The translations under genes and the position numbers were made by a program. This document shows positions 23,772-30,584 of a DNA stretch of 30,584 nt, in pieces (position 1 is the first letter of the stretch; every line of letters begins with the position of its first letter). Source of the stretch: an uncultured Clostridia bacterium. GTDB lineage: Bacteria > Bacillota > Clostridia > Christensenellales > UBA1242. Under the pieces are notes generated by a model. That model was not told the origin of the DNA and ran no database searches. It saw nothing but the letters and a program-made list of their open reading frames with translations. The stretch is taken from NCBI GenBank assembly GCA_947628195.1, contig CANQZB010000001.1, positions 1-30,584 of the forward strand. Direction: 5' to 3'.

Positions 23772-25046
23772 TTGAAAGAGATTGAAACTATTTGTTCTTT
23801 TTGTGGCAGGCCGGCAAGGGAATTGACAGATGTTATTAGCAATCCGGAAGGGGATTGTTTTATTTGCCGTGATTGCCTTAACATTTGCCGAGATTTAATG
23901 GATTTTAAGGACCGCACTGAAAAGAGCGAAAAAAATGAGTTTATCGACCTTCCAAAACCTCAAGAAATTAAGCAAAGGTTGGACGATTTTATAATTGGGC
24001 AGGATGAAGTTAAAAAAATCCTTGCTGTATCTGTTTACAACCACTATAAACGCGTTAATTATAATATGATAAAAAAGGAAAATAACGAGGACGAAGTTGA
24101 ACTGGAAAAATCCAATGTTTTGCTTGTTGGCCCAACTGGCTCTGGCAAAACATTGCTTGCAAAAACGCTTGCAAAAACGCTAAAAGTGCCTTTTGCTTCC
24201 AGCGATGCCACCGCATTAACCGAAGCGGGCTATGTGGGCGATGATGTGGAAAACATTTTGCTTAAATTAATTCAAAATGCGGATTACGACATTGAAAAAG
24301 CCCAACGCGGAATAATTTATATTGATGAAATTGACAAAATTGCGCGCAAAACTCAAAATGTTTCCATCACTCGCGATGTAAGTGGCGAAGGCGTGCAACA
24401 AGCCCTTTTAAAAATTTTGGAAGGCACAATAGCATCTGTTCCGCCACAGGGTGGGCGCAAACATCCGCAACAGGAAAATATTAAAATAGACACAACTAAC
24501 ATTTTATTCATTTGCGGTGGTGCATTTGTGGGGTTAGATAAAATTATTAACGAACGCAAAAATTCTTCCGCACTTGGCTTTGGCGCAGATGTTAAAAAAG
24601 CGGATGAGGAAGAAAAGAAAAACTGTTTTGAAGACATTCAACCACAAGACCTTATTAAATTTGGCATGATACCCGAATTTGTTGGTCGCATCCCAATTGT
24701 TGCAACGCTTGAAAGTATTGATGTTAAGGATTTAGAGCGCATTTTGGTAGAACCTAAAAACGCCATAACAAAACAATATGTTCAAATGTTTAAAATGGAT
24801 GGCATTGACCTTACCTTTGAGCCGGAAGCAATAACTGCAGTTGCCCTAAAAGCCAAAGAACTTAAAACGGGCGCAAGGGGGCTACGCACCATTTTGGAAG
24901 AGCGTATGCTGGATTTAATGTACGCCAGCCATTTTGAAGATGACATTAAAAAAATTACCATAACGGCAGATTTTATTAACAAAACTGGCAAGGCTAAAAT
25001 AATTAAGTTTGAAGATAAGAAAAAATCTAAAAGGAAAACCGCATAA
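23772..25046 (+). CDS. clpX: ATP-dependent Clp protease ATP-binding subunit ClpX
   Basis: Zn finger CSFC..CRDC, Walker A GPTGSGKT, pore loop GYVG, Walker [12 protein letters not shown] loop and LGF loop. TTG start after GGGGGA. Confidence 0.98.
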   Translation: MKEIETICSFCGRPARELTDVISNPEGDCFICRDCLNICRDLMDFKDRTEKSEKNEFIDLPKPQEIKQRLDDFIIGQDEVKKILAVSVYNHYKRVNYNMIKKENNEDEVELEKSNVLLVGPTGSGKTLLAKTLAKTLKVPFASSDATALTEAGYVGDDVENILLKLIQNADYDIEKAQRGIIYIDEIDKIARKTQNVSITRDVSGEGVQQALLKILEGTIASVPPQGGRKHPQQENIKIDTTNILFICGGAFVGLDKIINERKNSSALGFGADVKKADEEEKKNCFEDIQPQDLIKFGMIPEFVGRIPIVATLESIDVKDLERILVEPKNAITKQYVQMFKMDGIDLTFEPEAITAVALKAKELKTGARGLRTILEERMLDLMYASHFEDDIKKITITADFINKTGKAKIIKFEDKKKSKRKTA

Positions 25047-25062
25047 TTTATGTGGTTTTTTT
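25035..25062 (+). terminator. Terminator overlapping the clpX stop
   Basis: AAAACCGCATAA-T-TTATGTGGTTTT (one G-U pair) followed by a T tract. Confidence 0.75.
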
Positions 25063-25090
25063 GTAAATAAATGAATTTGTTTAAAAATTG

Positions 25091-25119
25091 TTGACAAATA
25101 ATAAGTAATACACTATAAT
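25091..25119 (+). promoter_or_regulatory. Perfect-consensus sigmaA promoter
   Basis: TTGACA (25091-25096), 17 bp, TATAAT (25114-25119). Confidence 0.8.
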
Positions 25120-25138
25120 ATTTTTAAATGGAGGGATT

Positions 25139-26707
25139 ATGAAAAAAACAAAACGAATTTTAGCAACTGCAATGGCAGGTTTTTCGTTATTAACTTTGGT
25201 TGGCTGTGGAGGGGCTAAAAAATCACCTAACAACACAGTTCCTGAACAACCAAATGTTGAAAGCCCGGCAGATAACTCACTTCAAGAACAAATTGACGCT
25301 TTGCAAGATGCTTTAAAAGAAATGCAAAATCAGCTTAGTGATGCTCAAAAGGACATAGCCGAATTAAAAGAAACCGATAAAAACCTTTTGGCTTTAATTA
25401 ACACTAATATGGCAAGTTTAACTGAATCTTATAACAGCTTGCTAAAGCAAATTAATGATTTAAAGGAAAATCATGAGGCACTTTCTGGCGATGTTTCTGC
25501 ACTGCAAACACAATATAGCACATTAAATACGCAACTACAAAGTTTAACATCAAATTTAAGCACATTGCAATCCGTACTGGAAACTTTGCAACAAGACAAC
25601 ACAACTCAAACTTTGGTTGAAACAATTAAAGCGTTACAAAGCAAAATCAATTTGTTAACCGTTCAAAACGCCATGAGCTACACACTTAATACAAGGTACA
25701 ATTCCATTTCTGGTGGAGATAGCGCTTATGCTGTTAGGGTGAACGCAAATCCTAATGGTGAATGGTGCGGTTATTCTGAAAGTTACACATCACAATCTCA
25801 ATATTCATACGCAATAAGCTTGGATGGTTTTTGTTTTACAAACATAGATGGCGAACAAAAGGCAACGCAAGGCTATTCTTATACCGATATGTTTACACAT
25901 TATATTCATGCCAGTACAGGTGCAGAAAAATCTGGGAGCACTTACACATTAACCGGTTCAGAATTAACAAACGCAACTGTAACTTTAAACGATGAGGGAT
26001 ATGTTGAAAATTTTGTGGGTGAGCAAGGTGCAGAAAACCGTGTTTCTTTTAGTTTTACAGGTATTGATAGCAACCTATATAAATATGAATATGATAACTA
26101 TGTTGGTCATGTTCCAATTGTTAGTTACTATCAAACCGTATCCAATGCAATGGATGCAAGTTTTGACCTAAATTACGCCAAAATATCAGGTAAAATGACA
26201 GCGAATGGTGGTATAACCGGCGAAGCAATGGTAGTGGTTGGCAAGGGCAAATCTGCGCAATATCAAACAACAACAGAAGGAGAAAGTACATTTACAGGAT
26301 ATTTTGTTAATGAAAAGGGAGTATCGCAACAAGCATATACTGCAGAAAATGGAGAAATCACTTTTGATACATGGGATGAAAGTTCGGATGTTTCTGCTAA
26401 ATATATGGGTAAAAGTTTAAAACAGTCTTTATTTAGTTCTGAATTTACTATTAGTTTTGATCAAGATGCAAACACCTATACAATATCGCAAGAGGGTAAG
26501 CAATCTGTTACTGTAACTCTTAAAGAAGACGGCAAATTTACCGACTTTACAGCGATGGCCGCAGAAGAATATACCGGTTTCCCAGATCAAAAAGTAACTT
26601 ACCATATTGAGGGTCTGGATAAAGCAAAATTTGAAGAAGAATTTAAAGCAATTAAAGATAAGCTAGAAGAGTTAATTGAACAATATAATAGTAACCTTAA
26701 TCTTTAA
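25139..26707 (+). CDS. Lipoprotein with long coiled-coil stalk and beta-rich C-terminal region (522 aa)
   Basis: MKKTKR, a hydrophobic stretch and lipobox LVG-C23, then a Pro-rich linker. Heptad repeats run about aa 45-175 (LQEQIDALQDALKEMQNQLSDAQKDIAELK...). Confidence 0.88.
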   Translation: MKKTKRILATAMAGFSLLTLVGCGGAKKSPNNTVPEQPNVESPADNSLQEQIDALQDALKEMQNQLSDAQKDIAELKETDKNLLALINTNMASLTESYNSLLKQINDLKENHEALSGDVSALQTQYSTLNTQLQSLTSNLSTLQSVLETLQQDNTTQTLVETIKALQSKINLLTVQNAMSYTLNTRYNSISGGDSAYAVRVNANPNGEWCGYSESYTSQSQYSYAISLDGFCFTNIDGEQKATQGYSYTDMFTHYIHASTGAEKSGSTYTLTGSELTNATVTLNDEGYVENFVGEQGAENRVSFSFTGIDSNLYKYEYDNYVGHVPIVSYYQTVSNAMDASFDLNYAKISGKMTANGGITGEAMVVVGKGKSAQYQTTTEGESTFTGYFVNEKGVSQQAYTAENGEITFDTWDESSDVSAKYMGKSLKQSLFSSEFTISFDQDANTYTISQEGKQSVTVTLKEDGKFTDFTAMAAEEYTGFPDQKVTYHIEGLDKAKFEEEFKAIKDKLEELIEQYNSNLNL

Positions 26708-26708
26708 T

Positions 26709-26734
26709 AAAAAGCGGAAGTTTTCCGCTTTTTT
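26709..26734 (+). terminator. Intrinsic terminator
   Basis: AAAAAGCGGAA-GTT-TTCCGCTTTTTT. Confidence 0.85.
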
Positions 26735-26743
26735 GTTGCGTGG

Positions 26744-26824
26744 GTGGGGCTTATTCTGCGCCAGTGCGCAGAAAAATGGCAGAGCCATTTTGGCGCGAGA
26801 TAAATCTCGCGCAATAAGCCCCAC
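26744..26824. repeat. 81-bp four-way-junction (cruciform/cloverleaf) element with 12-bp terminal inverted repeats
   Basis: GTGGGGCTTATT [CTGCGC-CAGT-GCGCAG] A [AAAATGGC-AGA-GCCATTTT] G [GCGCGAGAT-AA-ATCTCGCGC] AATAAGCCCCAC. All pairs are Watson-Crick, and GC is 44/81. Confidence 0.85.
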
Positions 26825-26830
26825 ATTTGT

Positions 26831-26858
26831 TTGCCTTTTTAACAATTTGTGTTATAAT
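26831..26858 (+). promoter_or_regulatory. Extended -10 promoter for the Smr gene (leaderless spacing)
   Basis: TTGCCT (26831-26836), 16 bp, TG-T-TATAAT (26853-26858), then 6 nt to ATG 26865. There is no SD. Confidence 0.6.
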
Positions 26859-26864
26859 ATTTCC

Positions 26865-27206
26865 ATGCAGTTAATAACAATCGATATAAAAAGTAACAAT
26901 CAAACAGTTAGCGAGGCACTCGCGCAGTTTTTGGTTGAAGTTGACTCTTACAAAAAGGGTGGATATAAAGTTATGAAGGTCATTCACGGTTATGGCAGCC
27001 ATGGCGTGGGTGGGGCAATTAAAGTTGCATTTTTAAAAAAGTGCCAGGATTTAAAAAATCGCAAAATAATTTCCGATTACACCTGTTGTGATAAGTGGAC
27101 ATCCCAAAATGTTGTTCGTAAAATTGCAATAAATTATTGCCCGGATTTACTTGCAGATAAAGAACTTTATTTGTTAAACCCGGGTTGTAGCATTATTGTT
27201 TTGTAA
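26865..27206 (+). CDS. Stand-alone Smr (small MutS-related) domain protein (113 aa)
   Basis: ITIDIK..QTVSEAL..F...KVMKVIHGYGSHGVGGAIK...NPGCSII matches the Smr pattern (DLH-like first strand, IHG-G, NxG). The start is ATG 26865 rather than 26676. Confidence 0.85.
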   Translation: MQLITIDIKSNNQTVSEALAQFLVEVDSYKKGGYKVMKVIHGYGSHGVGGAIKVAFLKKCQDLKNRKIISDYTCCDKWTSQNVVRKIAINYCPDLLADKELYLLNPGCSIIVL

Positions 27207-27210
27207 AAAT

Positions 27211-27239
27211 AAAAAAAGCCTATATTCTAGGCCTTTTTT
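27211..27239. terminator. Bidirectional terminator between convergent genes
   Basis: AAAAAAA-GCCTA-TATTC-TAGGC-CTTTTTT. Confidence 0.6.
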
Positions 27240-28051
27240 AATGTGTTTTCAACAAAATTTGCAATGTTTATTTTTAAATTTTCAATTAAATTATATCTTT
27301 CAGTGTCAGAAAGTTTTCTAACACTGTCATAATTTCTTATAAAGTCTTCATCAACAGAATTGTCATCCATCAAAACAATTGAACTGTTTTCATATAACTT
27401 AGAAGGTTTTTGTTTGTTAGAGCAGATTTTTAATTCGTAAAAATTGCGCGGGTCGCCGTCAATGCCATCTAAAAAGCTTAAATAATCATCAAAGCAAAGT
27501 GCGTCAAGCACTGCCATAAAATAGAAGATGTTAACATCATTTTTTTGGAAAGTAATTTCGTTGGTGCTTAAATATTTCCTTGCCAAGCGAATATAATCGG
27601 CATCTTCAATGTTTTTAGCGTAATAATATAAGGATTCACTTGAGCCATATTCACAAATGCCGTCTTCTAATTTTTGAATGTCAAAATTTCTGCCAGAAAG
27701 TGCCAGCAAATATGTATACCATTCATTTTGCGAATTTAAAATGGCGTTTTGATATGCAGTTTTGTCAAAAAGCCTGTATCTAGCAAAAGTGTAAATCCAA
27801 TAAGTGTTGTTAGAATCCAAAATCTTTTTGCCAATTCTATTTAAATCTGCCCCCTCGGCATAGGAAAACTTGTTTAAATAGGCAAGGTCGCCGTTTTCAA
27901 TAACTTTCTCTTGCAAAAGGCTAAAAATCTTTTTCCCATCTTCAACATTTAAAAGTTTTTTAATGTACGATTGAAACTTAACAATGTTCAATTGTTTTAA
28001 TTTGATATATAACATATCTACAATTTTATTTAGTTGTTCATCTGTTCTCAT
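27227..28051 (-). CDS. Hypothetical protein with four 27-28 aa helical repeats (274 aa)
   Basis: Repeats span aa 52-162 with consensus xxxxxx(L/I/T)YxfAxxxxxaDxxxlxxxIl. It has its own promoter and terminator. Confidence 0.8.
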   Translation of the reverse strand: MRTDEQLNKIVDMLYIKLKQLNIVKFQSYIKKLLNVEDGKKIFSLLQEKVIENGDLAYLNKFSYAEGADLNRIGKKILDSNNTYWIYTFARYRLFDKTAYQNAILNSQNEWYTYLLALSGRNFDIQKLEDGICEYGSSESLYYYAKNIEDADYIRLARKYLSTNEITFQKNDVNIFYFMAVLDALCFDDYLSFLDGIDGDPRNFYELKICSNKQKPSKLYENSSIVLMDDNSVDEDFIRNYDSVRKLSDTERYNLIENLKINIANFVENTLKKA

Positions 28052-28068
28052 AATAATTTCCTATAAAT

Positions 28069-28097
28069 ATATTAACATATGCAGTAAAAAATGTCAA
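28069..28097 (-). promoter_or_regulatory. Extended -10 sigmaA promoter
   Basis: TTGACA (28097-28092), 17 bp, TG-T-TAATAT (28074-28069). Confidence 0.7.
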
Positions 28098-28219
28098 TAT
28101 GTTATTAAAAGATTTTTAAGATAAATAAAAAAATATTATAAAAAATTAAAAAAACTTAAATAATCATTTTATTTTTATTTAAAAATGTGCAATAATATAA
28201 AATAATAAAAGGGGTAGGT

Positions 28220-29668
28220 ATGGAACAAGTTGGAAAAATTAAAAGAAAACACAGCGGGCATTTCGGGTCATTCTTTTTTGGGTTTTTTATTGGCCTGTTG
28301 TTAACTCTTGGTGCAATAGTTGGCGTGGGCGTTTTCGCTTATTATAACATTTCAATTAATTGGCTAAACAGCACATTTAACACAAACATAGAAATTGGTA
28401 GCGAACAATTGCGCGATTTAACCGCAAACAAACTTTTAGAAAAAGTTATGCATGTTGCGGGGGACTTTAACAATTACACATTAAACGATTTAAAAGCCGA
28501 TTTTGGCATTGATGTAAGCGAAATTATTGGAAACGACATTATGGGCATAGATATTTCCGATTTAAAAGATGTGCCAATAGTAAACATTGTTGATTCCTTA
28601 CAAAACAAATTTAACAACCTAACAGCCGAAGAGCTAAACGGCATAATTAGCCTAGAATCATTAGATAATATTCTAAATAAAACTAACACATTTTATTATA
28701 ACGAAGCAGACAACAAACTTTATAAAACCGAAAGTTTTTCCGAACTTGCCGAATTTGATTATGAAATAGTTGAAGAAGGTGAGCCAATTCCTGTTAAAAA
28801 GGTTAAAATTAAAAACTTTGATTTAATAGATATCACCCAGCAGGAAAGCCATCAGGTTGCCAACATTCAATTAAGGTATCTTCCACTTAGCACTGCGTTT
28901 AATTCGTTTTCCGATGTAATAGGGGATTTAACCTTGGAAGAAATGGAAACCCAATTTAACATAACCCTTCCAAGCCTGTTTGATGATTATAAGCAGAGCA
29001 AGCTTTCAGAACTAAACGGCATATTTGACACAATGATAAACGATATGACCCTTGCCAAAATGGAAGAAGACTTTAACATAACCTTGCCAAGCATTTTCAA
29101 TGATTATAAAGAAACTAAACTTTCCGAACTCAACACAACCTTTAATGAAATTATTCAAAACTTAACAATTGAAGATTTACAAACCGAATTTGGAGTAACT
29201 CTGCCAACCTTTTTGGAAAACTATAAAACAAGCAATATTTCCCAGTTGGGCTCTATTATTAACAACCTTCAATTAAGCGAAATTCTTGACTACAAATATA
29301 AAAACGGCTCTTGGTATAAAGGTGATCAGCAAATAACTGGCATTTTATCCGCCCTTGCAGGCTATACAGTAAACAACATCGATTCTGCCATAGATAATTT
29401 AACAATAAAGGACGTTTTCCCAGATAGAAGCGGTGTTCTCTCCTTGGTGGCGGAATCAACCCCAATTAAAGACATTCCAAGCGCAATAATGTCATCAATC
29501 AACACTTCAACCGTTTCAAAATTAATTAAATTGGAACTTTTGCCAAGCTCACTTTCCGGCAAAACAATAGATGATACTCCAATAGATTCAATGACTTTTA
29601 CCGAATTTACACAAAAAATTGCCGAAGTAATAGATAAATACAACCAACTAATTGGCACATTAGGCTAA
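28220..29668 (+). CDS. N-terminally anchored helical-repeat surface protein (482 aa)
   Basis: A basic N-terminus and TM segment (FFFGFFIGLLLTLGAIVGVGVFAYY) are followed by Leu/Ile-rich helical repeats. Confidence 0.85.
   Translation: MEQVGKIKRKHSGHFGSFFFGFFIGLLLTLGAIVGVGVFAYYNISINWLNSTFNTNIEIGSEQLRDLTANKLLEKVMHVAGDFNNYTLNDLKADFGIDVSEIIGNDIMGIDISDLKDVPIVNIVDSLQNKFNNLTAEELNGIISLESLDNILNKTNTFYYNEADNKLYKTESFSELAEFDYEIVEEGEPIPVKKVKIKNFDLIDITQQESHQVANIQLRYLPLSTAFNSFSDVIGDLTLEEMETQFNITLPSLFDDYKQSKLSELNGIFDTMINDMTLAKMEEDFNITLPSIFNDYKETKLSELNTTFNEIIQNLTIEDLQTEFGVTLPTFLENYKTSNISQLGSIINNLQLSEILDYKYKNGSWYKGDQQITGILSALAGYTVNNIDSAIDNLTIKDVFPDRSGVLSLVAESTPIKDIPSAIMSSINTSTVSKLIKLELLPSSLSGKTIDDTPIDSMTFTEFTQKIAEVIDKYNQLIGTLG
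28925..29263 (+). repeat. Three tandem 117-bp (39-aa) coding repeats
   Basis: Units start at 28925, 29042 and 29159: DLTLEEMETQFNITLPSLFDDYKQSKLSELNGIFDTMIN / DMTLAKMEEDFNITLPSIFNDYKETKLSELNTTFNEIIQ / NLTIEDLQTEFGVTLPTFLENYKTSNISQLGSIIN. Confidence 0.88.
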
Positions 29669-29677
29669 AAAAACTGC

Positions 29678-29702
29678 GCCCGGCCCTTTGGCTGGGCTTT
29701 TT
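29678..29702 (+). terminator. Intrinsic terminator
   Basis: GCCCGGCC-CTTT-GGCTGGGC-TTTTT (one G-U pair). Confidence 0.85.
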
Positions 29703-29743
29703 ATTAAAATTTTTAAAAATCTGTTATTTCGCTTGTATTTCAC

Positions 29744-29772
29744 TTGACAAATATTTTATTTATTTATATACT
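29744..29772 (+). promoter_or_regulatory. sigmaA promoter
   Basis: TTGACA (29744-29749), 17 bp, TATACT (29767-29772). Confidence 0.7.
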
Positions 29773-29809
29773 TACAAAAAATAAGTGTGCCTATTTTTAA
29801 GGAGAGTTT

Positions 29810-30584
29810 ATGAATACTAAAAGCAAAATTGCAATAAGCATTAGCCTTGTTTGTGTTTTAATTGCCACCGCAGTTGTGGCAGTTGTTGGCATTTGGGCTG
29901 CCACTCGCCAATCATTTACTTCCACAATTAATGTTAGATACACCGCCATGGAGGTTAACGGAACAGCGTCCGCTCAATGGAAGGTGGGGGAATCAGGCGA
30001 ATGGAATGATATGACCACCTCCTCCGGTGGAACTGTGCTTGAATTTGGCAAAACCGCTTTGCCGGCTAACACCACCTTGCAACCTAAAGAAGATTATATT
30101 GACCTTACTTCTTCTAACCCTTTTGTGGTTTTTAAATATACTTTCACCAATTCCGGCTCAACTGATTATGCTATAGACTTGTTGTATTCAGACGATTCCA
30201 TCGCCGATGAAAACATCTCCGTCTTTTCCTTAAATTCGGATACCGAAATTGAAAGCGACTTTGAAAATAACATCACCACCGCTTATGGCAATTTCACCAC
30301 CACTTCAATTAAAAAGAGTGCAGAAAAATATGTTTACATTTTAGCCAGGGTGGAGGATATCTATTCCAAAGTTTCCTATTCCGGCTCTTTCAGTTTTCAA
30401 CTAGATGGTAAGGACTATTCTGGCGATCTTTCCTTCACACCAAATGGCGCAAATTACACCGTAACCGCCCTAAATTCAAACCTAACCACCTTGCGCATCC
30501 CTTCTACCTTTAACGGTGGCGCGGTTACCGAAATAGAAGCAGAAGCCTTTTCGGGCCAATCAAGCCTAGAAACAGTAACCATTC
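29810..30584 (+). CDS. Partial (runs off window end) surface protein with BspA-type leucine-rich repeats (LRR_5)
   Basis: Not in the ORF track. ATG 29810 follows AAGGAG and the frame is open to the end: MNTKSKIAISISLVCVLIATAVVAVVGIWAATRQSFTSTINVRYTA...LRIPSTFNGGAVTEIEAEAFSGQSSLETVTI. The last 30 aa are a typical first LRR_5 unit. Confidence 0.85.
   Translation, partial: MNTKSKIAISISLVCVLIATAVVAVVGIWAATRQSFTSTINVRYTAMEVNGTASAQWKVGESGEWNDMTTSSGGTVLEFGKTALPANTTLQPKEDYIDLTSSNPFVVFKYTFTNSGSTDYAIDLLYSDDSIADENISVFSLNSDTEIESDFENNITTAYGNFTTTSIKKSAEKYVYILARVEDIYSKVSYSGSFSFQLDGKDYSGDLSFTPNGANYTVTALNSNLTTLRIPSTFNGGAVTEIEAEAFSGQSSLETVTI

Noticed and set aside
26744-26824. Cloverleaf element as a tRNA gene
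   Set aside because: Stems are 12/6/8/9 bp with 2-4 nt loops. There is no anticodon loop, no TTC T-loop motif and no D-loop GG.
26676-26864. N-terminal extension of the Smr ORF given in the track (176 aa)
   Set aside because: It runs through a terminator, the palindromic element and the promoter. Smr similarity starts at Met 26865.
643-29658. Short ORFs antisense to or nested in long genes (for example 921-1157, 2667-3152, 3561-3905, 4448-4807, 5067-5414, 13845-14135, 22593-22934, 24353-24637, 29362-29658)
   Set aside because: They are shadow frames of well-supported genes, with no SD, promoter or protein motif.
1-30584. Prophage, integrase, transposase, rRNA, tRNA, tmRNA, SRP RNA or oriC
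   Set aside because: No such motifs were seen: no SRP GGAAGG/CAGG loop, no cluster of TTATCCACA boxes and no recombinase ORF.

Overview
AT-rich (about 30% GC by eye) bacterial chromosomal segment using the standard code, with sigmaA-type promoters. Gene content (sepF-lspA-rluD, tig-clpP-clpX, lipoprotein with lipobox, BspA-type LRR) points to a Firmicute, most likely Clostridia; this is inference. The housekeeping core is groES/groEL, valS, rsmA, sepF, lspA, rluD, tig, clpP and clpX. It is interleaved with orphan surface-protein genes, including a 3315-aa N-terminally anchored giant. No rRNA, tRNA, CRISPR array or transposase was seen. The most unusual signals are non-coding. (1) An 81-bp, 54%-GC element at 26744-26824 folds into an almost perfect Watson-Crick four-way junction directly upstream of an apparently leaderless Smr-domain gene. 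(2) A heavily structured GC-enriched spacer with a possible pseudoknot lies between clpP and clpX. (3) A promoter-to-terminator unit with no real ORF at 7116-7227 carries three exact 8-mers at a 23-bp period. Also notable are a divergent CIRCE-less groESL and an archaeal-type ValRS whose KMSKS motif reads KISKH. All alignments, folds and counts were done by eye, with no database searches.
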